Origin: a virus
Taxonomy: Duplodnaviria > Caudoviricetes
DNA: 31,095 bases
Reading direction: 5' to 3' (one strand)
IMG/VR virus record: IMGVR_UViG_3300029775_000377
Span: 1 to 31,095 of that record
Shown: one piece after another, positions 17,240-25,896 of the stretch
Layout: each line of letters begins with the position of its first letter
Position numbering within the stretch: the first letter of the stretch is position 1
The notes under the pieces: generated by a model
The model's input: only the letters and a program-made list of their open reading frames with translations
Databases searched by the model: none
What the model was told of the DNA's origin: nothing
Made by a program: the position numbers and the translations under genes

Positions 17240-17500
17240 ATAATTTAAAATTGCTGGTCTGTTCCCGGCTGTCAAGCATAAGTTATACTGTCTTGCCGGA
17301 CAGTGTACGGGTCGTCGATACAGACGGATTGCTTTATCGATAAGCAATCAAACGCCGATTCATGTTAGCTTTGCGCGGTGTTATGAATCAAGAAGAACGT
17401 TCCCGCTTTGTACCACCTGCAGGTCTGCCCTGCTTGGCCCCTTATTTATCCGTGCCCGGTGACATATCTGCCGCCCTGCTGCCAAACAGGACGGCTATAA
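17240..17500 (-). ncRNA. Candidate structured RNA(s) in the late leader
   Basis: No convincing ORF; at least five hairpins (17470-17495, ~17417-17433, 17357-17389, 17327-17349, ~17284-17307). Confidence 0.35.
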
Positions 17501-17539
17501 AAAATGAAGGAGGAACCTGACTTGTAATCGGTTTTAGGC

Positions 17540-17573
17540 AAACAAAAAGGGCAGCCACTAATAGCTGTCCTTT
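17540..17573 (-). terminator. Promoter-proximal terminator of the late transcript
   Basis: Minus strand AAAGGACAGCTA-TTAG-TGGCTGCCCTTT-TTGTTT, starting about 12 nt after the predicted +1. Confidence 0.75.
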
Positions 17574-17591
17574 ACAATCTACCACGATATC

Positions 17592-17619
17592 ATTATAGCA
17601 TTTTAGTAGTACTTGTCAA
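17592..17619 (-). promoter_or_regulatory. Putative late promoter
   Basis: Minus strand TTGACA (17619-17614), 16 nt, TATAAT (17597-17592) with extended -10 TGn. The -35 overlaps the stop codon of the ArpU-like gene. Confidence 0.8.
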
Positions 17620-18047
17620 GGGCTTTTTATAAAGTTTTCAACATCTTTTAAACCAAACCCGTGTAAATTTATTGCCCACGAATATACAATACCCATTTTT
17701 ACGGCGATTACCTCAAAACTGCAATCTGCTATGTACCTCAGCGTTAAGACCTCACGCGCTTGCTTATTACCCACATGCGCTATAGCACGCTGCACCTGCC
17801 CGCCAATGTCGCACAGCTTGTCTACAAGCTTATCCGCTTGGTGCTCTTTTTCATCGATTTTAAAAATTATATCCGTAAATTTATCCGGGTCTTTTGTGCT
17901 TTGCACATGCTCGGACGACGCGTCCTGCGTTGTACCGGTAAGCAGTGCCCTTAATTCCGCTATCTCGTCAAACTTACGGTTGTATGCTTTGTTCACTTTT
18001 TGGTACCGCTGCAAAAATTCTTTTGCGCCTGTTTGTTTTTCAGACAT
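17616..18047 (-). CDS. ArpU/DUF1492-like late transcriptional regulator (143 aa)
   Basis: AKEFLQ.Y N-terminus and C-terminal sigma-4-like HTH R.VL.LRYI....FE.IA..MG..Y.W...LHG..L; last gene before the packaging module. Confidence 0.85.
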   Translation of the reverse strand: MSEKQTGAKEFLQRYQKVNKAYNRKFDEIAELRALLTGTTQDASSEHVQSTKDPDKFTDIIFKIDEKEHQADKLVDKLCDIGGQVQRAIAHVGNKQAREVLTLRYIADCSFEVIAVKMGIVYSWAINLHGFGLKDVENFIKSP

Positions 18048-18051
18048 TACT

Positions 18052-19437
18052 TTATTCTCCTTTCACCTTTTCAATCCGTACACGCAAAGCCCTTAAAAGG
18101 CTTTCCTGCGCCGTATCCTTGCCTTGCAAAGCACTGATAACGTCTTCATCCATGCTGCCCTTAACAATCAGGTTATGTATAAACACCCGGTTTTTCTGCC
18201 CTTGCCGGTGAAGACGTTTATTGAACTGCTCATATAGCTCAAGGCTCCAGTTAAGCCCGAACCATATTACGTGGCTGCCGCCTTCCTGCAGGTTAAGCCC
18301 GTAAGCCGTTGCCGCTGGGTGTGCAAGCAAAACATCAATTTTGTGGTTGTTCCAGTCGACACCGTCCTGCGGCATCCTATATACCCGGACCCTTAAACCG
18401 CTTTTTGCTAATGCCTTTAACAGCCTGTCCCTGTCATGCTGGAAATTATACCCTACAAGCACCGGCTGCCCCTGCAAGGCTTCCACAGTTTCAAGGAACG
18501 CTTCTATTTTGCACTGGTGTATCTCGATTATCTGTTTGTTTTCGCCGTATACCGCGCCGTTGCCAAGCTGTAAAAGCTTATTGCCGAGGGCCGCCGCCGT
18601 TGTAGCTGTTATCTCGTTTTCGTCTATTTCCAAAAGCATATCGCGTTCAAGCTTTTTGTATGCCGCCGCTGCCCTGCTGTTAAGCTGCACCGGAATATCG
18701 TCGTAAATACATTCGGGAAGTTCAAGGTAATCCGACGCTTTCATGCTTATGCAGATATCTGAAATTTTACTTTGTATCGTACCTCCGGCACCGTCCTTCG
18801 GCTTGTATGTAAAAACCTGCTGCGCATTGCGCTTGTCGGGATTGAAATACCTTTGCCTGAACCCGCCTATCGTTTTTCCTAAGCGCTCCCCACTGTCAAG
18901 TAAATATATCTGCGCCCATAAATCAATAAGCCCATTCGGCGCCGGTGTGCCGGTCAGTTCCACAATACGTGAAATTTTATTTCTAACCCATGTAAGGGAT
19001 TTAAAACGCTTCGCCTGGTGGTTTTTAAAGCTGCTGCTTTCGTCAAGCACTACCATGTCGAACGGCCATGAATTACGGTAATAATCTACAAGCCACTGCG
19101 TATTTTCACGGTTTATAACATAAACGTCGGCCGGCGTATTTAAAGCCCTTATACGCTTTTGCGCTGAACCTAAAACCGGGATAATACGCAAAAGCTTCAG
19201 ATGGTCCCATTTTTGTGCTTCCGTCGTCCACGTTGCCTCTGCGACTTTTTTCGGCGCTATCACAAGCACTCGGCGTGCGGCAAAGCGGTTATATATCATA
19301 TCATTCACGGCTGTTAAAACAATAACTGTCTTACCAAGCCCCATATCAAGATAAAGGCCAAGCCCCGGGCCCCATACTGGCATATTGATGATACGGTCAA
19401 TGCAATAGGCTTGATATTCATGCGGTATGAACTTCAT
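18052..19437 (-). CDS. SNF2-family helicase (461 aa)
   Basis: PH.YQ, LDMGLGKT, VLVIAP..VA, DESS, LTGTP.PN, YGLNLQ.GG, RLHRQGQ motifs. Confidence 0.95.
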   Translation of the reverse strand: MKFIPHEYQAYCIDRIINMPVWGPGLGLYLDMGLGKTVIVLTAVNDMIYNRFAARRVLVIAPKKVAEATWTTEAQKWDHLKLLRIIPVLGSAQKRIRALNTPADVYVINRENTQWLVDYYRNSWPFDMVVLDESSSFKNHQAKRFKSLTWVRNKISRIVELTGTPAPNGLIDLWAQIYLLDSGERLGKTIGGFRQRYFNPDKRNAQQVFTYKPKDGAGGTIQSKISDICISMKASDYLELPECIYDDIPVQLNSRAAAAYKKLERDMLLEIDENEITATTAAALGNKLLQLGNGAVYGENKQIIEIHQCKIEAFLETVEALQGQPVLVGYNFQHDRDRLLKALAKSGLRVRVYRMPQDGVDWNNHKIDVLLAHPAATAYGLNLQEGGSHVIWFGLNWSLELYEQFNKRLHRQGQKNRVFIHNLIVKGSMDEDVISALQGKDTAQESLLRALRVRIEKVKGE

Positions 19438-19735
19438 TCCGACACCACTTCCTTTCGCTTTTTAAAACACGGCTTATAAATTCATCTACAAGTTTTTTAC
19501 TGTCAATTACCTCAACAACAAATCCCAAAGACCTTAATTTTTCTTGTTGTATTAGTTGTAGCTTTGTCGGTTTTTTCCCCGGCGCTTTCAGTTCTACAAA
19601 TATTGCCTGGCCGCCGGGTAAGCAAACCAATCTATCGGGGACGCCGTCATTGCCAGGGCTTACAAACTTGTACGCTTTGCCTCCAATCCCTTTTACCCTG
19701 CCGCGGAGATATGCTTCAATAGTGCTCTCTCGCAT
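19418..19735 (-). CDS. VRR-NUC domain nuclease (105 aa)
   Basis: E..IE.YL...V...GG.AYKFVSPG..GVPDR.V.LP.G...FVELKAPG.KP..LQ. Confidence 0.95.
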   Translation of the reverse strand: MRESTIEAYLRGRVKGIGGKAYKFVSPGNDGVPDRLVCLPGGQAIFVELKAPGKKPTKLQLIQQEKLRSLGFVVEVIDSKKLVDEFISRVLKSERKWCRNEVHTA

Positions 19736-19789
19736 TTATTATCATTCCTTTAAAACAATTAATTTTTTTGCATTATACATTATATATGT

Positions 19790-20040
19790 CGCGCGTACAC
19801 CTGCGCGCACGCACGTACATTGTGTGCATATAGGCGGGTTAGGCATATTAGGCGGGCGTATGTACTCTCTAATTACCTATTTATAACTACTCTATAGAAA
19901 AGATGTAAACAATGTAACATAATCAATTTTTTTAGTCTTCATGCGGTTTTAGGTGTTTACATTTGAATATAACGGTTGTAAACAATGTAACGTTTCTTTG
20001 CTTACATGTTTACATGATGTTACATTAAGATGTAAACAAG
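19790..20040. repeat. Iteron-like repeat cluster; putative phage replication origin
   Basis: TGTAAACA at 19904, 19977, 20031; inverted TGTTTACA at 19954, 20007; TGTAAC(A)/TGTTACA at 19913, 19986, 20018. AT-rich, adjacent to RY-alternating GCGCGTACAC...GCGCGCACGCACGTAC and a doubled TAGGCGGG. Confidence 0.7.
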
Positions 20041-22470
20041 CTATTCCTTTTTCTTTTCAAACCCACGCTGAAACTTACAGTACCCAAAACGCGCGGGATT
20101 TTTCATCTTTTTCCATCCGTTAAGCATTGACAATATACCATTGATTTCCTGTGTATCCTGATACCGCATGTAACGCGGGTTACCTTCAAGAGCTTCGCAC
20201 CATATTTCAAGGGCACATACACGATCCCTTTTTATCAGCGGAATCTTATCTTTATCTGCTAAACCGTTACTGTTCCAAAACATTCGGCGGCGCTCCAAAT
20301 CCCAGCTACTCCAATCTATGGGGATTTCCTGTTCAACAAAATCCCGGATAATTCCTTCACGCGGGGAATACTCCCTATGCACTTCTTGTTCTTCGCGCGC
20401 GGCTTTTTCAAGCCCCGCTGGTAAATATAAAGGCTCCCCAAGCCGCCAGCGCATGGCAGCTTCGGCCCATAGCTGATCCACACTATCATCTAAGTCGGTA
20501 AATACATTTTTCGTGGTATCCTGGACCCCGACGTCAATCGGCCAAAACCGGCGGTTTCCCGTTTTATCCCGCAAATATTCAGCCTTGTTTGACGTTCCAA
20601 AAAACACACAGCACCGTGGGCAATCTTGAACGCGTTTGCCATAAGCCGCACGGAAGCGGTCAATCCGTTGGCTTAGAAACTGTTTAATCCGATCAACCTC
20701 CGATTTATTAAATGCCTCCAATTCCCCAATTTCAGCGATCCAAAGACCCTGAATAAATTCGCAGGCTTCCTTTCCGTCAAATGTTTTCATTCCGTCGCTG
20801 TACCATGAACGCCCCATTTTACTAAAAAGTGTGGACTTGCCGATTCCCTGCGGCCCGGTGAGAATCGGCATAGTATCATATTTACATCCCGGTGTCATAA
20901 TGCGTGCGACGGCAGCCGTAAATGCTTTGCGGGTTACTGTGCGGGTGTAGGGCGTATCGGCAGCGCCGAGGTAATCTATAAGCAGGGTATCAAGACGAGG
21001 TACGCCGTCCCATGAAAGTCCTGTAAGATAATCTTTTACCTCATTAAACGCATGGTTCTTGCCGCATAGGGACAAGGCGCTGTCTACTTTAGGGTTTGTT
21101 GATATGTTATAGGTTCGCTCCATCCACCAGTAAGCCCCGTCGTCGTCGGAGTCTTCCCAAACCCTCCGGCCTTCGCGTTTGTCCCACGGTAGTTTGCCAA
21201 GGACATAACCGCGGTGGGCAAAATCATCGAGGGCAATCCGCCCTTTTAAAAGCGGGTCGTTTTCAAGGATAATCCAAATATTATCTATTGTTTTAATTGG
21301 TTCTCCGGTTTTATCATTGACCTGTAATTTATCCATCCAGTTAGCCGGTTCGTCTGTGTTTGCAGCGGGAACGCCTTTAAAATCTTTCGTCGCGTCCTCA
21401 TACCGTTCTTTGTTTATGAGCGCGGCAACGTCTGTATCTGCAACGGCTAATTTGCACATTTCAGTGTATGACGGCAGGCGGTTAGTAGGCGTACCGGGTT
21501 CCGCCACGTCGTCCTTGTCACCGAACATGTGAAGCCGCACAAGGTCGAAACTGTTTACAAGCCGCCCGCTGCACGGGTCGGTCGCATGGTGGCTGTATAA
21601 AAATGTGCCGTTATCATAAACAACAGCACCGCCGGTCGTGCTGCCTGCAGCGTATGTATACCGGTCGTCCATGTTGTCAACGGGCACATAAATACCGGCT
21701 AAGAATTTATCCATAGCGGCGTAAATGTTATACGTCCGGCAGAACGCACCGACAACACCGCGCTTTTGTGCAGGGTCGCCCTGCTTTGCAGCAAGGCGCT
21801 TATGGTTATCTGTGACGCCGGGCACCTGCGGCCACACATTGACGTCGTGCCAGTCCTGTCCGGCCTGCGCGTAGAGCGCCAGCATGCCGTCGGCGCTGAG
21901 GAAGGGCCTGTCGCCGTAGGTATAGACGTATTGGCTGTCGGAGCAGCAGGACGGCCAGTACATGAGGCGCGACGCCTCGAAGGTAGACGGATCGCACATT
22001 TCTATTCCGATGAGCTCTGCGGCTTTACGCGCGGCCGGCTCGTACTCGTCCGCCGTTACCGTGCGGTTGAGTGGTAATAAAATACGCAGGCGCGGCGCGC
22101 CTGGTGAATGTTTCCGCGTTGAGTATATGCAGTACCCGCAGCCAAGACCGTCCACACGGCGCAGCACGTCGTCCGTACCGCCCGCCGGAATATGGTCAAG
22201 GTCGAGTGTCAAAACGTCGCGGCCATCGATTGCCCCGGCCTTCCGCCGGCCGCCGTTATGTACGACGCCGCCCACGAACCCGCCGACGTCCTTCAGGTTG
22301 TCCTGCTGGGCCTTTGTCAGCTTGAGATAAGCTTCGAGGGTTTCCGTGCTACGTGTGGGAACGCGTAACCGTTCGACAAGCTCCGTCCAAAACAGGGTTT
22401 GCAGCGGCCAGCGCTTCGCGTTCCGGCTGCTCCCGGCGCTGATGGTTATTTGTCGGTCATTTTGAAGCAT
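20041..22470 (-). CDS. VirE/VapE-family primase-helicase (809 aa)
   Basis: N-terminal primase-like KDVGGFVGG, LTLDLD, YSTRKH....PRLR; C-terminal SF3-like GPQGIGKST, EIGEL, FRAAYG, FFGTSN, D.TGNRRFWP. Confidence 0.92.
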   Translation of the reverse strand: MLQNDRQITISAGSSRNAKRWPLQTLFWTELVERLRVPTRSTETLEAYLKLTKAQQDNLKDVGGFVGGVVHNGGRRKAGAIDGRDVLTLDLDHIPAGGTDDVLRRVDGLGCGYCIYSTRKHSPGAPRLRILLPLNRTVTADEYEPAARKAAELIGIEMCDPSTFEASRLMYWPSCCSDSQYVYTYGDRPFLSADGMLALYAQAGQDWHDVNVWPQVPGVTDNHKRLAAKQGDPAQKRGVVGAFCRTYNIYAAMDKFLAGIYVPVDNMDDRYTYAAGSTTGGAVVYDNGTFLYSHHATDPCSGRLVNSFDLVRLHMFGDKDDVAEPGTPTNRLPSYTEMCKLAVADTDVAALINKERYEDATKDFKGVPAANTDEPANWMDKLQVNDKTGEPIKTIDNIWIILENDPLLKGRIALDDFAHRGYVLGKLPWDKREGRRVWEDSDDDGAYWWMERTYNISTNPKVDSALSLCGKNHAFNEVKDYLTGLSWDGVPRLDTLLIDYLGAADTPYTRTVTRKAFTAAVARIMTPGCKYDTMPILTGPQGIGKSTLFSKMGRSWYSDGMKTFDGKEACEFIQGLWIAEIGELEAFNKSEVDRIKQFLSQRIDRFRAAYGKRVQDCPRCCVFFGTSNKAEYLRDKTGNRRFWPIDVGVQDTTKNVFTDLDDSVDQLWAEAAMRWRLGEPLYLPAGLEKAAREEQEVHREYSPREGIIRDFVEQEIPIDWSSWDLERRRMFWNSNGLADKDKIPLIKRDRVCALEIWCEALEGNPRYMRYQDTQEINGILSMLNGWKKMKNPARFGYCKFQRGFEKKKE

Positions 22471-22479
22471 TTTGGTAAA

Positions 22480-24474
22480 TCACTCCTTTGTAAAATAATT
22501 TCCAACCCACCCATCCGCGCTTAAAGGTAAACCCGGTGCCCAGGGGATAGGCCGGGACATAATTTTGATTACCGCGTCAAGGTCTGCTTTTTCAGGACAA
22601 CAGTCGATCACTATTTCGTCATGCACATGGAACACAATCGGGTACCCTGCGGCCTCAAGGCGTTCTATATTTTCGGCCAGGCAGTCGCGGGCGACTGCCT
22701 GGGTGATGTTCTCAACGAGCTTCCCGCCCCATGTGTCGACCGTCTGCCATTTGTGTGACGCCTGGTTCATACCCCAGTAGTGCAGCGCGTCGCCGTACTG
22801 CCCTGGTGTAATGTATGGCTTCGCGTAATAGAGCTTCCGGCCCGACGGCAGGGTGACGGTCATAAACCACTGATCCGTGCTTTGGTCGCCATCCATGGCG
22901 AACAGCAGACCCTGGACACCCTGCGGCCTGCCGGTTTTGACGCATTCAAGCGAGGCGTTCTCCACTTTGTACCACAGGTCGCGGATCCGTGGATTACTTT
23001 CCCGCCAGCGGCGGATGATATCCGGGAGTTCTTCTTCCGTCAGTCCCTGTTTGAGGGCTCCCATGGCAATCAGGGCGCCGGCCCCGCCGCCGTAGCCAAG
23101 CGCAAGGGTTGCAATCTTTCCTTTTTGCCGCAGTTCCTTGTTGACGCCGTTCTTTTCGACCGGCACGCCGAACATGCGGGAAGCCGTCGCGCAGTAGATA
23201 TCTTTGCCGCTTTGGAAGACGTCCAGCGTGTCGGTCTGCCCGGCCAGCCATGCAACGGCACGCGCTTCAATGGCGCTGAAATCCGCGTCAACAAACAGGT
23301 TGCCGGGTGATGGGACGAGCGCTGTGCGGATAAGCTGGGAGAGCGTATCGGGAACGCTGCCGTAAATCAGCTTCAGGTTTTCCACCTTGCGGCCTTTCAC
23401 GAGTTCTCGGGCAAAGTCGAGCATCCCGCCATGGATGTACGTTCGCGGGAGGTTTTGCGGCTGAATTATTCGGCCACTCCATCGCCCGGTTCGGTTGGCA
23501 CCGTAGAACATAAGCGTCCCGCGGACCCGACCGTCATTGCAGGCAGTACCTTGCATGGCAACATACTTTTTGGTGCTGGTCTTTCCGAGAAGCTGCCGGA
23601 TTTCCAGTACCCGGCGGGCCGAAGGGTCTAATGTTGTGCCCTCCAGTAGTGTCGTTACATCGTCCTTGCGGAGCGTCGATACATCATATCCGTGCTCCTG
23701 CAGCCAGCCCTTGACCTGCGCCATGCTGTTCGGGTTTTGCAGGCCGGTCAGCTTCTGCGCTTCGTCGATCAACGGACGGGAAACGGTATCGTCACAGTCC
23801 AGCGCACCGTGGATCAGGTCGAGGTCCAGTCCAACACCGCGGGAATTGATACGCAGGTCGGTTTCCCATTGGCGCTGCACGTCGTCCGGGACGGGGAATG
23901 GCGAAAGCCGCCGCTCGATCTCCTGTTCCGCCGTGACGTCGCCCGTGTTGTAGGTTTTGAAAAGCTCCCATTTCTCCGGTTCGTCCTGCGGACGGATGCG
24001 TGTTCGAGGGTCGCGATCCGTCGGAGTATGCGGCGTACAGAATAGCTTGATCAGTGCTTTGCCGGTCGTCAGTTTGCGCTTATCCTCCGGCAAGCCGAGC
24101 GCTTTGCCTGCCGCGTCCAGGCTTGCAGGATATCCGCAGTACAGCGCGTGGAGCATCGTATCATGCCATTGGTGTAGGGTGGTAAATGGGTCGCCGGTGA
24201 TCAGATATTGTTTTGTATGGTAGGAAAGGCAATACCATTCAAAGGCCGCGTTGTAGGCGTGTTTGATGACATTCGGATCATTGAGAGCACGGAGCAAGTC
24301 GCCGGGAATCTTATCCCCGGAAGCAAGGTCCAGCACAACCGGCGGTGCTCCATCGAGAGAATACCCGAAAAGCAGGATTTCAAAATCCGGTGACTGCACG
24401 TATTTGTAAAGGCCGGCCTTATTAATGGGAACGGAAGAATAGGTTTCCAAGTCAACGTTCAGGTGATATGTCAT
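22480..24474 (-). CDS. Phage DNA polymerase, family A (664 aa)
   Basis: Exonuclease DLETYS and AYNAAFE; TGRWSGR..Q.QNLPR; motif A DFSAIEAR, motif B RQKGKIATLALGYGGG, motif C VHDE. Confidence 0.95.
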   Translation of the reverse strand: MTYHLNVDLETYSSVPINKAGLYKYVQSPDFEILLFGYSLDGAPPVVLDLASGDKIPGDLLRALNDPNVIKHAYNAAFEWYCLSYHTKQYLITGDPFTTLHQWHDTMLHALYCGYPASLDAAGKALGLPEDKRKLTTGKALIKLFCTPHTPTDRDPRTRIRPQDEPEKWELFKTYNTGDVTAEQEIERRLSPFPVPDDVQRQWETDLRINSRGVGLDLDLIHGALDCDDTVSRPLIDEAQKLTGLQNPNSMAQVKGWLQEHGYDVSTLRKDDVTTLLEGTTLDPSARRVLEIRQLLGKTSTKKYVAMQGTACNDGRVRGTLMFYGANRTGRWSGRIIQPQNLPRTYIHGGMLDFARELVKGRKVENLKLIYGSVPDTLSQLIRTALVPSPGNLFVDADFSAIEARAVAWLAGQTDTLDVFQSGKDIYCATASRMFGVPVEKNGVNKELRQKGKIATLALGYGGGAGALIAMGALKQGLTEEELPDIIRRWRESNPRIRDLWYKVENASLECVKTGRPQGVQGLLFAMDGDQSTDQWFMTVTLPSGRKLYYAKPYITPGQYGDALHYWGMNQASHKWQTVDTWGGKLVENITQAVARDCLAENIERLEAAGYPIVFHVHDEIVIDCCPEKADLDAVIKIMSRPIPWAPGLPLSADGWVGNYFTKE

Positions 24475-24719
24475 TGCGGATTCTCCTTTAGCTCTACCTC
24501 GAATGGAAACCGCATTTTTCGGCGCTGAGCTTCCGCTATGGCTTGTGAAAAGCGCGGGTAATCTTTTTCCGGAAGTTCATATTGACGATAAGTGTAATTC
24601 GTTTTCGGGGTCTTTACGGTTTCGGTGACAACCGGAATATCCGTATTGAGGTCGATATGTAAATACCGATTCGTGATGATCCTCGGATGGTAATTCGGTG
24701 ATTGATAAATTATGCGCAT
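24471..24719 (-). CDS. Hypothetical protein (82 aa)
   Basis: AGAGGAGAGG RBS; stop overlaps the polymerase ATG (ATGA). Confidence 0.7.
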   Translation of the reverse strand: MRIIYQSPNYHPRIITNRYLHIDLNTDIPVVTETVKTPKTNYTYRQYELPEKDYPRFSQAIAEAQRRKMRFPFEVELKENPQ

Positions 24720-24787
24720 TTTGTTCCTCTCCTCTTTATTTTGGATTTTCGGGGCGGGGCCTTGTACGATGGCCCCGCGGGGAACGG

Positions 24788-25558
24788 TTAATACTGCTGC
24801 GGGTATCCGGGATACTGCGGAGCTGCGCCCTGCTGCGGGGCATATGCCTGATATCCCTGTGCCGGGGCCTGTGGATAGCCCTGCGGCATTTCATTCGGCT
24901 GCGCGGCATACTGTGGGGCCGCGGGGGCCTGCGGTGCATACTGCGGGTACTGCTGTGTGTGGCCGGGGATATCAGCGTTTGCCTGTGGGTATGCGCCGGC
25001 GGCTGTTTGTACAGGTTGGGCTATACCTTCAAAATCGCTTTTAGCGCTTGCGTGCCCGCCGAGTGCGTCGCCGTCACGGGTTTTCATAACATTGCCGAGG
25101 CCGCAGCCTATGCCGCGCTTGCCGTTACTATCATAGGCAAAAAACTTTACCGTTACACGTGCGTACATACCGGAATAAATATCAGACGCGCTTGTAATCG
25201 GCTGCAAGGTTGGCTCTACGACTTCGGGTTTTTGCTTGCTCGACGCGGATATAACCCAGCAGCCTTTGCACTCGTCACCGAACGGTTCGCCGTTTTCTTT
25301 AGCGCCGTCGCCGTCATGTATAGGCATATGTATCTGCGGTGGCTGGTGGCCGTGCCATTTAGTCCCAACGCCGTCCTGTATTGCCGCTTGGATAGACCTG
25401 TCCATATCGGCTTTCGTTGCTGTATCGGTTTTCAGTATAAGCAATGTAACACTGTATTTCGGGTCACCGCCGTTCTGTGGTGTGCGCGGCTGTAAAAGGT
25501 TTGCATAGGATAAACGGACTTCGCCGGTAAGTACTTTCTGTGCGTCGTTTTGGTACAT
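24788..25558 (-). CDS. DUF2815-family single-stranded DNA-binding protein with Q/P/A/Y-rich tail (256 aa)
   Basis: V.TGEVRLSY..L..P, KYSVTLLI.K.D, P.HDGD, IYSG.YARV...FFAY...G.RGIGCGL.NV.K..DG..LGG. Confidence 0.9.
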   Translation of the reverse strand: MYQNDAQKVLTGEVRLSYANLLQPRTPQNGGDPKYSVTLLILKTDTATKADMDRSIQAAIQDGVGTKWHGHQPPQIHMPIHDGDGAKENGEPFGDECKGCWVISASSKQKPEVVEPTLQPITSASDIYSGMYARVTVKFFAYDSNGKRGIGCGLGNVMKTRDGDALGGHASAKSDFEGIAQPVQTAAGAYPQANADIPGHTQQYPQYAPQAPAAPQYAAQPNEMPQGYPQAPAQGYQAYAPQQGAAPQYPGYPQQY

Positions 25559-25560
25559 AA

Positions 25561-25896
25561 TTAATTTTCTCCTTTATATTTTAAAAATGAGGTTTGTATT
25601 TTAAGCATACGTTCATAATTTGCTTTTACTTCGGGGATTGTATAACCTTTATCGTCTATGAAAATCCACTTGTTTTGATAATCAACACTTGCTTCCTGCC
25701 ATTTTCCCTTTGCTTTTTTTACCGCAAATGTTATCCATTCCTCTGTTTTCCGAATAGCTTCCGCGTTCTCGTATGAATATAAAAACATGAGTTTAAAGAG
25801 CTTTCTAATTTTGGTAAGCGTTTGGTATATTATGAGGTTTCCTGGATATATTTCGGCGGTAAAATTGCCTGTTGAAACAGTTATGCTATCAGTCAT
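25561..25896 (-). CDS. Hypothetical AT-rich protein (111 aa)
   Basis: ATG overlaps the DUF2800 stop (ATGA); its end carries the RBS of the SSB gene. Confidence 0.7.
   Translation of the reverse strand: MTDSITVSTGNFTAEIYPGNLIIYQTLTKIRKLFKLMFLYSYENAEAIRKTEEWITFAVKKAKGKWQEASVDYQNKWIFIDDKGYTIPEVKANYERMLKIQTSFLKYKGEN

Noticed and set aside
17240-17500. Canonical tRNA gene
   Set aside because: No TTC-GA-type T-loop with a complete cloverleaf and anticodon arm could be assembled by eye; kept only as a candidate structured RNA.
19790-20040. Possible CRISPR or mini-array
   Set aside because: Repeats are only 7-15 bp, in mixed orientation with irregular spacing, and no cas operon is present. The Cas4-like DUF2800 gene is a standard phage replication-module gene.
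24754-24778. GCGGGGCC/GGCCCCGC hairpin after the SSB gene as a terminator
   Set aside because: No adjacent U-tract on either strand; at most an mRNA-stabilising hairpin.
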